DNA from: Pristiophorus japonicus
Lineage: Eukaryota
NCBI RefSeq assembly: GCF_044704955.1
Contig: NC_091999.1
Coordinates: 16,864,001-16,928,000, forward strand
DNA: 64,000 nucleotides
Reading direction: 5' to 3'
The position numbers were made by a program, and so were the translations under genes. The first letter of the stretch is position 1. Every line of letters begins with the position of its first letter. A model generated the notes under the pieces. The model did not search any database, was not told where the DNA came from, and worked only from the letters and a program-made list of their open reading frames with translations. Below are positions 25,171 to 38,500 of the stretch, piece after piece.

Positions 25171-26144
25171 GTCAGCCCAAACGTGTCTTTTTTCCCCTTT
25201 GCAGTGTTTCTGCTTCCATTGATGAGGATTCCTCAGCTGGAATTTTCTGCAGCCAATTCCTTCACTGGGCTTTCATATATATTAACAAATGAGAGAGAGA
25301 GCAATGGCAATTATATATATATTTAACCCCCCTACCCCCACCTAAAAAAGCTGACAGAAATTAAAATGTTGACCTTTCCGGAGAGGGACTTGGTTGGTGA
25401 ACTGTCACAGGGTAGAAATTCTAGTTGGCACAGTCAGGATATTTTTCCTGTTTATAAAAAAAAGTAAGCGTAACAATTTTAAAAATTGTTTTAAGTCATC
25501 GGTCGACTTTCAGCTGCTGTTTTTTCCTTCCCTTTCTCGCTGTTGTGGACAGGCCAGTGCTCGCCTGGAGCTCGCTGTCAATGTGTGTACGGGACAGTAG
25601 GACGTAAGCTCTCGCTGCGGGGACAGAGTTGGAGAAGCTGGGGCTGTTCTCCTTACAGCAGAGAAGGCTGAGGGGAGATTTACCAGAATAGTACCAAGGA
25701 TGAATGGTGAGAAACACTAGTTCTGCCCCAGCTGGAGTATTTTGTCCAATTCTGGGCACCACATTGTAGGAAGGACGTGAAGTCTTTCCAGAGGGTGCAG
25801 AATAAATTTACTGGAAACGCATCAGGTATGGGGGTTACAATTATGTGGAGAGACTTGCGAAGCTGGGGTTGCTCCCCTTCGAGCAGAGAAGGTTAAAATA
25901 AGATTTAGTAGATTGGTACCTAGATGAGGGATTTCAGTTAATGTGGAGAGACCGGAGAAGATGGGTTTGTTCTTCGAGTAGAAAAGGTTAAGAGGAGATT
26001 TAGTAGATTAGTGTCTGGCATGTGATACTTCAGTTAACGTGGAGTTGAGGTCAGAGACCAGCCATGCTCTTATTAAAATGTGGAGCAGGCTTGAGGGGCC
26101 GAATGGCCTACTCTTGCTCCGAATTGTTATTTTCTTTTGTTCTT

Positions 26145-26726
26145 AAACAGGGACAGTGTGTATAACTCAGACAGGGCCGAGTGTAATATGAATCAGGTCC
26201 TGAGTTATGTAAACAGAGAAAAGATCTGTTTCAGTAATAAGTTATATAGGGACTTATGTAACATAAACAAAAATATGCTAAGATATAATTTAAATAAAAT
26301 TTGTTCTGGTGCAGGAATAACTGAGAATGGGTCATGTGTAATATAAACATGGATATGGTCGAGTATAATATAAACTGAGGCTAGCTTGAGTACACTAATA
26401 AATTTGAAAGCGGCATCCTGCTTCAGTTATACTCATCTAGACAATGTCTCTGTTTAAAGTACAGTAGGACATGTCTTGGTTTTTGCTGCAATCGACCTTG
26501 TCTCTCTTTATATAACACTAGACACTGTCTCTGTTTAAATTACACTAGACCCTGTCTCTGTTTATATTGCACTAGACAATGTCTCTGTTTACATTACACT
26601 AGACAATGTCTCAGTTTATATTGCACTATACAATGTCTCTGTTTATTTTACATTAGACAATGTCGCTGTTTACATTACACTAGCCAATGTCTCCGTTAAT
26701 ATTACACTTGACAATGTCCCTGTCTA
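26145..26726. repeat. 27-bp minisatellite: degenerate minus-orientation units, then plus-orientation units
   Basis: Orientation switches near 26400. Confidence 0.75.
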
Positions 26727-27390
26727 TTTTGAATGAAGAGAGTACTCGAGTAATTTTGACTGTGGAATGAATGAAAGCCTGTTTTAAGAAGGTGTGGAGC
26801 TGCCTGCCTGTTTTAGCTCCATCCACTCTTTCCAAACAGAGTGAAATGTTTTTTTTTAACCCTTCGTAGTGCTGTCCTGTTTGTGGGAAATTTAAGAAAC
26901 TGTGAACCTTATGGTATTACATTTTAAGTTGGAAACGAAGGTGTGGATATAAGTTACGGAGCTAGGAAATGCACAAAGGATAGGTTTGTTGAGTAAAAGA
27001 TAAAAATACATGGTCCCGGTAGTAAAGAAAAAAAAAGAATTTGACACGCTCACTTACTTGTCAAAAGAAAACATGCAATTGGGTTGAAATACATAAATTT
27101 AGTCTAGGAATGAGATAAAGAATGCCTTTCAAAACGCTCCCATTTTCCTTTGTGTAAATCCTTGACATGAAAGCTTCTAGCTCAGCAAAAAAAAAGAGTT
27201 TTAAATGTCGAAATACTTCAGGGATCAGGTCTAGCTCCTGGGCGAGTGGTGAGCTATCTGTGAAGGTGTAAAAGGGACTTTTGAAAAAGGCTAAAACAGT
27301 AAGCTTTAGCAGTTTAGAAAAGAAAAAAATAAAGCAGGAAAAGGTCTCTGCGACGGGAACAGGAGGAGGGCAGAAAAGGGGGACTTGCCA

Positions 27391-29610
27391 CAATACCCTA
27401 TAAGACCTGAAGCTAGAACAGCGGTTGTAGAAATAGTAAAAGGGCTAGTGGAAAAGGGTATCTGTAAAGAAAGAGTTAGCACCACTAACTCCCCAAAAAG
27501 GCCCAGGTAGGGAAATCCCAGGTCCTGTACCTAGGGTACTGCCTCTCAAGGGGTTGAAAGAAACGCCCACGGATAGGAAAAAGGCTGTCAAGGACATGCC
27601 TAGACCAGTAACGGTAAGGGGGGTGAGGAAGGTACTGGGCCTCTTTAATTACAGCCGGAACTTTATCCCTGATAAAAGGAGACCTATAGCCTATTACTCT
27701 ACCACCGAAAGCCCGGTGGTGACTGGGTTATCCAGATGTATAGCCGCGCTAGATTGCGCAGCTTGGGCGGTAAAAATTAAGCGAGCTTGTGGTGATGACT
27801 GGAAACATCATTCTCCACACTAAACACACATTGGTAGAAATGTTAAACACAGGAAAACTGAGAACCGTATCTAATATGAGACATGCAAAGTGGGAAGCAG
27901 TCCTCTTAACACCCAACAAAGCGGTAACCATAATTAGTGATGTAGGAAACAACCCCACAGAAGGTATGATGGGTGAGGGGGAACCCCACTTTTGCGAAGA
28001 GGTATGTGAGGATATGGAAGAGGATAGAATAAAAGACGCCCCCCTTCAAACCGCAGAACAAACCTTGTTTGTGGACGGCTCACGAAAATACGTAGAGGGA
28101 CTACCTCGTACCGGATGGGCCGTAGTTAACCAGGATCTAGAGACAGTTGAATCAGGGCGAATTAATGGGGGGTCGTCAGTTCAAGTGGCAGAACTGGTAG
28201 CCCTCACCTGGGCACTGGAATTATCGGAAAATATGATTGTTAATATTTATACGGACAGTAGATATGCATTCGGGGTAGTACATGATTATATGACAGCATG
28301 GGGGAGAAGGGATGTTTGCGATGGATAAAGACATAACTTACGAAATACCAGTTGATATCAGCTGTGAAAAAGATATTGGTTTCATTGAAAAAAAAATAAT
28401 TTGAAGAGGTAAAAAACACTCTCCATTTATAATGATTTTAAATGATTAAAATTAAGTCAGTGCCGCTGGGGCCCAAGACGAAGAGATAAGTATTGAGAAA
28501 CTACACCAGGACACTTCTGAGGAGGAAATAGGTATGTGGACAAAGCAGGGCGCAACGCAAGGGAAGGATAACGTTTGGAGACGAAACGACAAGGTAATGG
28601 CGCCTGAAAGCATACTGAATACCTTATTGGAGTTGCATCATGGCTTGTCTTATTCAGGATGAGAGGCCATGACCGGGAGTCTTGGAAGAGATTGGTGGTG
28701 GAAAGAGATGGGGAGAGATATCACCAAACATTGCCATCGATGCGTTACGTGCGCACAATATAATCCAGGCAGGCCCATTAAAATTAAAATGGGACACTAG
28801 CCCCGTCCACGTGGGCCATGGGAACACGTACAAATTGATTTCACAGGTCCTTTGCCCCCATCCCATGGAAAAAGATATTGCCTAGTGATTATAGATCAAT
28901 TTACCCGGTGGGTAGAAGCTTTCCCACACGTGATTGCACTGCCTCAACAGTGGTAAGTATATTGACCGCGCAGGTGATTCCCCGATGGGCAGTGCCTCTT
29001 CAAATAGATTCCGACCAAGGCACCCACTTCACCGGAAAAATTGTAAAAACAATATGCCAGCTGATCGGCATAAAACAAAAATTCCACATCCCCTACCACC
29101 CGCAGAGTTCTGGTATGGTAGAGCGCATGAACCATACCCTTAAGAACGCCCTGGCAAAGGCCATGCAAACGTCAGGAAAAACGTGGACAGAAGTATTACT
29201 CATTATATTGATGAAGTTAAGAGCCACGACAAACCGGACAACCGGATTAACCCCTTGTGAACTAATGACAGGAAGGGCGATGCAATTACCCGAGAACATC
29301 ATAACAGGGTGGGCCGATGTAGGCCCATTAAAAGACAAAATAAAACGGTATGTTTTGGAACTAAGTACTCAATTAAAAGGGATGCATAAATTAGTTCGGT
29401 ACAATCAGGAAGAAAGAGACTCGGAAGCAGAGCCTACAAAACTCCCTGAAGTCCCGTAGGCAGGAAGTCGCATTATGGTAAGGGTCCTCCCGGGAAAAAC
29501 CGGGGTTTGCCTCAAAAATGGATATGACCATATGAGGTTATACTCAGTGGGGACACTTGTGCCTGCATCGATGTTAAAGGGAACGGACAATGGAAGCATC
29601 GGACCCAGCT
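27391..29610 (+). pseudogene. pol: ERV pol remnant (RT ends, RNase H, integrase), with frameshifts and deletions
   Basis: QYPIRPEA...NSP; KKAQ...VLYLG; LGLFNYSRNFIP; RPIAYYS; RNase H LFVDGS / AELVAL / IYTDSRYAF; integrase CHRCVTC, QIDFTG, SDQGTHF, YHPQSSGMVERMN. Confidence 0.92.
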
Positions 29611-29699
29611 TAAGGTTTTTGAACCAGCCGTTTAGCACACATATTAGTTGTTGTTGTTTGTCTATTTAAAGATTGACAGCGAGAGATTCTTCAAGCAAG

Positions 29700-31070
29700 C
29701 CATATGGCCATTTTGCCTTTGACTATTTGTTAATTATAGAGTAATAAGAAGAAACTATATATTGCGATCAGTGCGATTATCATAGTTCGTGTTCGGTCCG
29801 GCCTGCTAGCTAGACCGAAACGAGAGTTACTTGTGAATACCTTTTTGTACATGTCTTATGTTTATGCACAAAATGAGAACTTTTCTAGTTGCTGGGTATG
29901 TTCGCACATCCCCATACATAGCAAAGGAGGCATCCCTTTGAGGTCAATCTCCCTTAACAGTTCAGAAGTAGCAGAGTGAGTAATGCGACAAAACGGTACA
30001 GGGGAAGTAAATGATACTTGGAACCACAGTGGGAATAAAGAAACGTGGAGATCGGGGGATTACCTTTTGGATGCATTGACAGATGGTACCAGCCGGAATA
30101 TAATAGGTCGGCACGACCGCCGTTCCTGGTTTTGACCAACACCTCAAAAGTTGGAAGGCCCACCGCTGACATTTGTTTCACTAGAGACCTGACCGGTGAG
30201 GAAACAGGTTTTGTAGCAGGATATAGTTTAACCTCACCAGATGGAACATAATAGCCAGCGAAACAACAAACCAAGGCTTCTTCGAAATAGAGGGTTTGAA
30301 GAATCAGACAAGTAGCCAGGACTGGGACGCTAAGATTAGGTGGCGACGGGGGCTGAGAGAGAGATTGGGATCGAATCTAACAGCATATAATGGCACTTAT
30401 TTTGTGTGCGGGCATAAGGCCTACCCCTGGTTGCCTCAGAACTGGAGGGGGTCTTGTTATTTGGGATATGTGGTCACCTTTGTCAGACGGGTACGTACTT
30501 TAGCAGAAGTACAGACACCAGGTCGACTAAGACGAGATCTTACCGCGGTAGAGAGGCTATTTGGGGTCATGATGCTTCCATTCGAGATAGGACGCACCAT
30601 GGATGAATTACATAACCTAGAGAGGGTACTGGAACAGATAGTTAACGGCACTGCTGAAGCAATGTAGGGCATAACGGCTGAAATGGTAGCCATATGCACA
30701 ATGTGCCTTAATTGGAGCTGAATGTTGCACTTACATTCCTGATAATTCAGAAAACAAAACCAACCTCGCTGATCACATAAGAAGGGAGGTAAAGAAGTTA
30801 TACATAACAGCAGGAGGATCTGGCTGGTTTGACTGTCTGTTAGGGGGATCCTGGGGGTCCTATCTTATGCATGGAGTAATTATTCTGGTTGTAATAATAA
30901 TTACTTGCTGTCTGATTATCGGGTGTTTTAATATCTGCTGTAATGTTACGATGGCTCGACTGAAGCCAGTAGCCAGTGTAATCGCTGAAGAATAAGCACA
31001 TCTGATGGAAATACCTGAAGACACCAAGAATGAAGAAACAGACGACAATGACTCCGACCACTATCTTTGA
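29700..31070 (+). pseudogene. env: ERV env remnant, gamma-type
   Basis: CWVC 29890-29901; GTYFVCG...WLP...GSCYLG; furin site RLRR; CX6CC (CALIGAECC) 30702-30728; hydrophobic TM at ~30873-30940; several stop codons. Confidence 0.88.
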
Positions 31071-31208
31071 AGGGTAGCCTAGAGCTACAGGCAAGGTGGA
31101 CATACGGAACATCTGGGAAGTAACATACCCCAAAGGACGAATATATGCTACTATCATTGTGGTCATCTGGATTTCGTAAACATCATCCAGGACCAAAAGG
31201 GGGAATAT

Positions 31209-31706
31209 TGTTGGAGCGGATTTTTGGACATATACTGGACTAATATACGGGTTCAAACATTTGTTTTATTTTCCCCTTTAAATGAATTTTGTAAGGGACA
31301 ATACTGATGCATTATGCTCGATATAAAAAAAAACAGTTAGACTTTAAGGTATGCTGGCCTTGAGTTAATGCAGATAGGAAAGTGAGATAATGAACACTGG
31401 AGAGTTAAGTGCTGGATATGTTTGTTTATACCGGTGTCAAAAGCCTGCACTTGTTTATACTGCCCTGTCACAATGCAGGATGGGTTATATCAAAAGCTTA
31501 GCCTTCGATAGTCAAAGCTTTGTAGTGCTAAAGCATTTGTTGTAAAGTGACGTAATTTGTAAGATAAAAGAACTTCACTACAGATATCAATTTGAGAAGA
31601 TGGTTCAAAGACAGGGGTCTTTTACACTTCTCCCAAAGCTTTGACTCCAATTTAATAAACCTCTCTTTATATATATTATGCAGTCTCAGAAAAAATTTCC
31701 ACAACA
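31209..31706 (+). mobile_element. ERV 3' LTR (~498 bp)
   Basis: Starts TGTTG 3 nt after the PPT and ends CAACA; AATAAA at 31654-31659; the satellite resumes at 31707. Confidence 0.85.
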
Positions 31707-32750
31707 TATTACACGAGACAATGTCTCATTTTATATTACACTAGACTCTTCCCCTGTTTATATTACACTAGACAGTGTCACTGTTTATATTATACGAGAC
31801 AATGTCGCTGTTTACATTACACGAGCCAATGTCTCCGTTAATATTACACTTGACAATGTCCCTGTTTATAGTACACTAGCCAATGTCTCAGTTTATATTA
31901 CACTAGACTCTTTCCCTGTTTATATTACACAAGACAGTGTCACTGTTTATATTACACGAGACAATGTCTCTGCTTATATTACACAATAGCCTTTTTCTTT
32001 TTTATTACATCAGACAATGTCTCAATTTATACTACACTGGACTCTGTCTCAGTTATTACTGCACTAGACCATGTCGGTGGCATATTACATTAGGTTCTCT
32101 CTCCGTTAGTACTGTACTAGAGTCTGTTTATGTTAGTATTGTACAATGCCCTGCCTCATTTATTATTGCACTAGATCCGGTGACTAGTTATATTACACTA
32201 GGCCCTGCATCTGTTCATATTACACTGGGCCATGCCTCAGTTATTACTGCACTAAGCCATGTCTCTGTTTATATTACACAATGCTCCCTCTGTTATACTG
32301 CATGAGAACACGTCTCTCTTTATATTACACTAGGCCTTGTCTCAGTTATCACTGCACTAGACCATGCCTGTGATTAGATTTCACTCAGCCTTGTCTCAAT
32401 TATTACTGCACTGGACCGTGCCCCTTTTCATATAGTCTTATATTAAATACTGTCTCATTTATTGCTGCCCTCTGGTATGTATCTCTCATATTACACGAAA
32501 CCTTGCCTCAGTTATAAAGCACTAAGCAATGTCTATGTTTATAATACACTGGGCACTCTCCGTTATTATAATCTATACCATGTCTCTATTTATATTACAC
32601 AGGCACTGTTGCAGTTATTACTACACTAGACGACGTCTCCTCTTTATATTGCTCTAGGTCTTGTCTCTGTTATTAATGGATTCGACCAGTCTTCTGTTTA
32701 AATTACACGATACGCTTTCTCAATTAGTACTGAACTATATCATGCCTCTA
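31707..32750 (+). repeat. 27-bp minisatellite, increasingly degenerate
   Basis: Direct periodicity. Confidence 0.85.
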
Positions 32751-32899
32751 TTCAATTAGATGACGGATGATCGGCATCTTAACTCCATCGACCAGCTTTG
32801 GTTCCGTCGCCCGTAATCTCCTAACCGAACCAAAATCTACCAATCAATCTCTGGCAGCAATCAGAAAATAATGCCTCTGCCTGTCATAGGCTTCCTTTT

Positions 32900-33700
32900 A
32901 TGAAGGGATTTGATACGGTTAAAAGTGAGTTAATGTTTACACTGAGAGTGTCGGTAACCAGAGGATACATATTTAAGATCATTTGCAAAAAAAAAACAAA
33001 ATGGAGATGTGGAGATGTTTTAATGTAACAAGTGGTTCTGATCTGGAATGCAAAAGGTATACACTATCTTTAGTTTTCATAAATAGAGATATAGGGTTCA
33101 AATGCGAGGAACTTATTGGTAAGCATCTGTAAAACATTGGTTATACTCCAGTATTGTTTTTAATTCTGAGCGCCACATTTAGGAAAGATTGAACGGCTTT
33201 GGAAAGTGTGCTTGTGGAATTTACTAGAATAGTACCTTGGATAAAAGACTTCAATTAAGTGAATACACTCGGGGCATTGAGATTGTTGTCATTAGAGCAG
33301 AGAAGGTTAAAAGGAGCTTTTACAAACATGCTCAAGACCGTGAATGGTTCTGACACCTTAAATAAGAAGATCATTTTCCAGTGGCTGATGAGTCTGTCAC
33401 CATATGACACACATTTAAGGAACTTGGCAAAAGAGCCCGAGGCGAAATGAGGAAAAAGAAATACACAACTAGCTGTTATGATCTGGAATACACTATCTGA
33501 CAGGGTGCTGGAAGCAATTCCAGTAATAAATTTCAAAAGTGAATTGGGTAAATAATTGAATTGGAAATAATGCAGGGTTATTGGGAAAAAGCAGGGATAG
33601 TGGGACCAATTGGTTAGCTGTTTCAACTCAGTGCAGGCACAGGCACCAGAGGGCTTAATGTGCACGTTATGTGCTGTATCATTCTTCCATTCTGTGATTT
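32900..33700 (+). mobile_element. Old CR1-group 3' fragments
   Basis: LEQRRL-x-G motif and 3' UTR remnants. Confidence 0.65.
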
Positions 33701-33826
33701 TATATCGACATCATGTCTCGGTTCATATTACACTAAGACCCGTCTCGGTTTATACAACACTAGTTCCTGCCGCAGCTATTATTGCACTGGTCACGGCATG
33801 TTTTTATATCACGCGAAGACCTTCGA

Positions 33827-34750
33827 ACACAAGAACATAAGAATATATGAAATAGGAGCAGGAGTAGGCCATTTGGCCCCTCGAGCCTGCTCTGCCATTT
33901 AATAAGTTCATGGCTGGTCTGATCATGGACTCAGCTCCAATGCCCTGCCCGCTCCCCCTAACCCTTTATTCCCTTATCGCTCAAAAATCTGCCCATCTCT
34001 GCCTTACATATATTCAATGACCCAGCCTCCACAGCTCTCTGTTGCAGATACTTCCACAGAATTACAACCCTCTGAGAGAAGAAATTCCTCCTCATCTCAG
34101 TTTTAAATAGCAGCCCCTTATTCTGAGATTAAGCCTCCTAGTTTTAGTTTCCCCTGTGAATGAAAATGTCCTCTCTGCATTCACTTTCTCGAGCCCCCTC
34201 ATTATTTTATATGTTTCGATAAGATCTTCTCACATTCTTTGAACTCCAACATGTATAGGCCCAAACTACTCAACTTTTCTTCATACATCAACCTCCTCTT
34301 CTCCGGAATCAACCCAATGAACCTTCTCTGAAAAGTCGCCAATGCAAGTATAACCTTTCTTAAATCCGGAGAACAAAACTTTATGCAGTACTCCAGGTGT
34401 GGCCTCACCAATACCCTGTAGGGTTGTAGCAGGACTTCTCTGCTTTTGTACTCCATCCCCTTTGCAATAAATGGCAACATTCCATTTGCCTTCCTGATTA
34501 CTTGCTGTACCTGCATAGTAACATTTTGTGTTTCATGCACAAGTACAACCAGGTCCCTCTGTACCGCAGCATTTTGCAATTTTTCTCCATTTAAATTATA
34601 ACTTGCTTTACTTTTTTTTCTGCCAAAGTGGATAATCTGAGATTTTCACGATTATAATTCATCTGTCAAAGTTTTGTCCACTCACTTAGCCTGTCTATAT
34701 CTCCTTGCATAATTTTTTAGTGTCTTCCTCACAATTTGCTTTTGCACCCA
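33827..34750 (-). mobile_element. CR1 LINE 3' portion
   Basis: ORF 34202..34579 (QRDL...LVRPHLEYC); AAGAACAT tail. Confidence 0.9.
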
Positions 34751-36384
34751 ACATTTATTTTTACACAACCACTTGAATGTCCCCATTAACTCCGTGTTGT
34801 AGTCAGTTTACTAATCTTCTCAGCAGTCCCTCTCTTGTTTATCGATGCCCTGGACCCAGTCACAGTTATAACTGCAATAGACCCAGTCTCTGTTCATATT
34901 ACATTGGACTCTGTCTCTGTTTAATTTACATTCTTCCTTGTCTCTATTTATATTACACTAGACCTTGTCTCTGTTTATATAACATTAGACCCTGTCCCTG
35001 TTTATATTACACTACACACTGTCTCTGCTTATATTACACTAGACCCAGTCAGTGTTTATAATACACTAGCCCCTGTCTCTGTTTATGTTACACTAGACCC
35101 TGTCTCTATTTATATTACACTCGTCCCTGTCTCAGTGTATATTACACTATACTCGGTCCTTGTGTATATTATACTGGACCCTGTCTCAGTTTATATTACA
35201 CTACACCATGTCTCTGTTTATAATACACTAGGCACTGTCTCAGTTATTCCTGCCATAGACCATTGCTGAAATATATTATAATAAATGCCTGTCTCTCTTC
35301 ATATTACACTAGATCTTGTCTAAACTATTAGTGCGCTGGATCCTGTATCTATTTCTTGTAGCATAGACCCTGCCTCAGTTATTTCTCCACTTGCACATGC
35401 GTCTATTACATAGGCAGACGATATAAAGAGAGATCGACAGATATTAATATAAATAAAGATGTATATATGTGTGGCTGTGAGGATGCAATACTTTTTTGGT
35501 TGGAAATATAGGTTTAGATTTGTTAACAGCTATCAACACGTGTGTGTAATCTTAAATTAATCTGGTATTATGACGGTAATATTTGTGTTGAGAGGATGGG
35601 GTGAATCTTTTAACAATCTTCCAGTAATGGACTGGGATTGAAGGACAGGACGGAAGGTGAGCAATAGTGCACTGCACTTTGAACTACTGGCAAAATCTGT
35701 GTGTTTGTGATTACTAAATCACACTTGTGTTGTCCTGTGCCTATTTCTCCAAGTTCTTTAACGTTAAGGATTGTTTTTGGTCCAGTATTTTCTATTTAGC
35801 TGTGACGTGGCCCACTGATTATGTAAGACAGAGCCTGGAACCGTGAGCTCAGAGCACCGCCGGATGGGCAGCCGCAGGGTCCGAATATCCACCAGAATAA
35901 ATGTTCTCACCTTGTAAAATGAACAACTGAAAAGAGGACACAGAATGTGTTTGCTATATGTGTATGCGTGTTTGTGTGTATGTGCGTTTGTGTGTTTATG
36001 TATGTGTGTGTGTGTGTGTGTGTGTGAATGTATGTGTGTGTGTACAAAACACTTGCTCACATTCATAATGTGTACATGTGCATTCCAGAAAGATAAATGA
36101 TTAGCTTCAGCCAATATTTTTCAGCATTCTACTTTATTCAAAATGCAATTACAGGTCGTTTAATAGCTTTAACATTTATTGATAACCCATTCTCTTGCGT
36201 GCTCTTGTTTAGAAAATGATGTCACTCTGACGATTCTGTTACAGGTGACCATTTCTGTCCGCAGTTTCAGTGTGAAACGGGATTAAATCACATCGAGGAT
36301 AATGAGCAGCCAGACGCCAGTCTCTGCGCTTTATCGTCTAGTGATCACCTCAGCATCACCCAGAAAACACTGATATACACCTTG

Positions 36385-36886
36385 AGGGAATGCAGCCAAA
36401 GTTCACCAGACTGATTCGCGGGATGGCAGGACTGACATATGAAGAAAGATTGGATTGACTAGCCTTATATCCACTGGAATTTAGAGGAATGAGAGGGGAT
36501 CTCATAGAAGCATATGAAATCTCACGGGATTGGACAGGTTAGATGTAGGAAGAATGTTCCCGATATTGAGGAAGTCCAGAACCAGGATTCACAATCTAAG
36601 GATAAGGGGTAAGCCATTTAGAACAGATATGAGGAGAAACTTCTTCACCCAGAGAAATGTGAACCTATGTAATTCTCTACCACAGAAAGTTGTTGAGTCC
36701 AGTTCGTTGGATATATTCAAAAGGGAGTTAGATTTGGCCCTTACTGCTAAAGGGATCATGGAGAGAAGACAGGAGTGGGGTATTTACGTTGTATGATCAG
36801 CCATGATCATATTGAATGGTGCTGCAGGCTCGGAGGGCCGAATGGCCTGCTCCTGCACATATTTTCTATGTTTCTATGTTTCTATG
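36385..36886 (+). mobile_element. Young CR1 3' end, specific to copy 2
   Basis: Same family as 99-558; (TTTCTATG)3 tail; empty site in copy 4 near 56385. Confidence 0.9.
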
Positions 36887-37914
36887 ATTAGTGCCCATGA
36901 TGGTAAAAATGAAACTGCACCTGTACCTGTCAGGAGGTTAATAAATCTGCAATTATCTGGCATTATTTCTCTCATTACACCAGACCCCGTCGCAGTTTTT
37001 ACCGCGCTAGATCCAGTCTCAGTTTATAAGGTTGATGTGGTGGCCTTCTAAAAGGTGTTTGATAAAGTGCCTTAATAATAACCTTGCCATAAAAATTTAA
37101 CCACATAGAATAAAGAGGACAGTGCCAGCATGGGTATGACATTGGCTGAGTGACAGGAACCACAGAGTAGTGGTGACCAGTTATTTTTTGTTGGACTGGG
37201 GTAAGGTATATTGTGGTATTCTGCAGCGGTTGGTACGAGGAACACTGCGTTTCTTCATTTATATTCATGACTTAGACTTAGGAGTACAGGGTACAATTTC
37301 GAAATTTTCAGATGATACAAAACTTGGAAGTAGAGGGAACAGTGAGGAGGATAGTGATGACTTCATGAGGACATAGACATGCTGATGGAAGGGGTGCACT
37401 CGGGGCAAATGAAATGGAGAAAAGTGTGAAATGAATCATTTTTATAAGACGAATGAGGAGAGGAAAAATAAACTCAATGTACAATGCTAAAGGAGCTGCA
37501 TGAACACAGTGACCTGAAGGTAAATGTGCACAAATCATTGAAGGTGGCAGGGCCGGTTGAGATAATGGTCAAAAAAGCTTACATAATCCTGGGCTTCATA
37601 AATACACGCATAGAGTACAAAAGAAAGGAAGTTATGATGAACTTCACCTGGAGTATTGTGTCCAATTCTTTAGGAAGGATGTAAGGCTTGAGAGAGGATT
37701 CAGAAAAGATTTACAATTATGGTTCCAGGGATATGGTACTTCGGTTACGTGGATAGTCTGGAGAAGCTGGAATTGTTCTCCTTAGAGCAGAAAGGTTGAG
37801 ATGAGATTTCATAGAGGTGTTCAGAATCATAATGGGTCTAGACAGAGTAGATAGAGAGAAATTGTTCCGATTAGTGGAAAGATCGAGAACAAAGGACACA
37901 GATATAAGGTGATT

Positions 37915-38500
37915 AACAGATTGGAAAACTGCAAATTTAATGCCCCTATTTACGAAAGGTTGCAGGCAAAAAGCAGGAAACTATAAACCAGTTAGTCTAA
38001 CATCTGTGCTTGGGAAAATGTTGGAGCCCATTATTAAAGAAGCAGTGGCAGGATATTTGGAAAAGCAAAATTTGGTCAGGCAGAGTCAGCATGGATTTAT
38101 GAAGGGGAAGACATGTTTGACAAATTTTCTGGAATTCTTTGAGGATGTAACACACAGGGTGGATACAGAGGAACCAGTGGATGTGATGTATTTGGGCTTC
38201 CAGAAGGCATGTGACAAGGTGCCAAATAAAAGGTTGCTGCACAAGATAAACATTCACGGGGTTAGGGCTGATATTTTAACATGGATAGAGGATTAGCTAA
38301 CTAACAGAAAATAGAGATTCAGGATCAATGGATCATTCTAGGGTTGGCAATCAGTAAATAGTGGGGTGCTGCAGGGATCAGTGCTGGGATACAATCTATA
38401 TACAATCTACCGACTTTAAAGAAAGGATCGAGAGTAACATAGCCAAGTTTTCTGATGAAGCAAAGATGGGAGAAAAAGCAATGTGTGACGAGGACACAAA
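37915..38500 (+). mobile_element. CR1 RT fragment
   Basis: ORF 37940..38296 (NYKPVSLTS...QHGF...FQKA-x-DKV). Confidence 0.88.

Larger units (their letters stand above)
20168..26135 (+). repeat. Segmental-duplication unit, copy 1
   Basis: Collinear order: CpG-core block, (TG)n, CR1, second LINE 3' end, 67-bp repeat, octamer block, SINE, pyrimidine tract, CR1 pieces. Confidence 0.9.
26727..31706 (+). mobile_element. Defective endogenous retrovirus (class I, gamma/epsilon-like); 5' LTR missing
   Basis: gag remnant, pol pieces, env, polypurine tract AAAAGGGGGAA (31195-31205) and a 3' LTR. Confidence 0.92.

Noticed and set aside
24815-25326. Pro/Ser-rich ORFs (also near 41299 and 60451)
   Set aside because: Low-complexity pyrimidine tracts; the frames are not conserved between copies.
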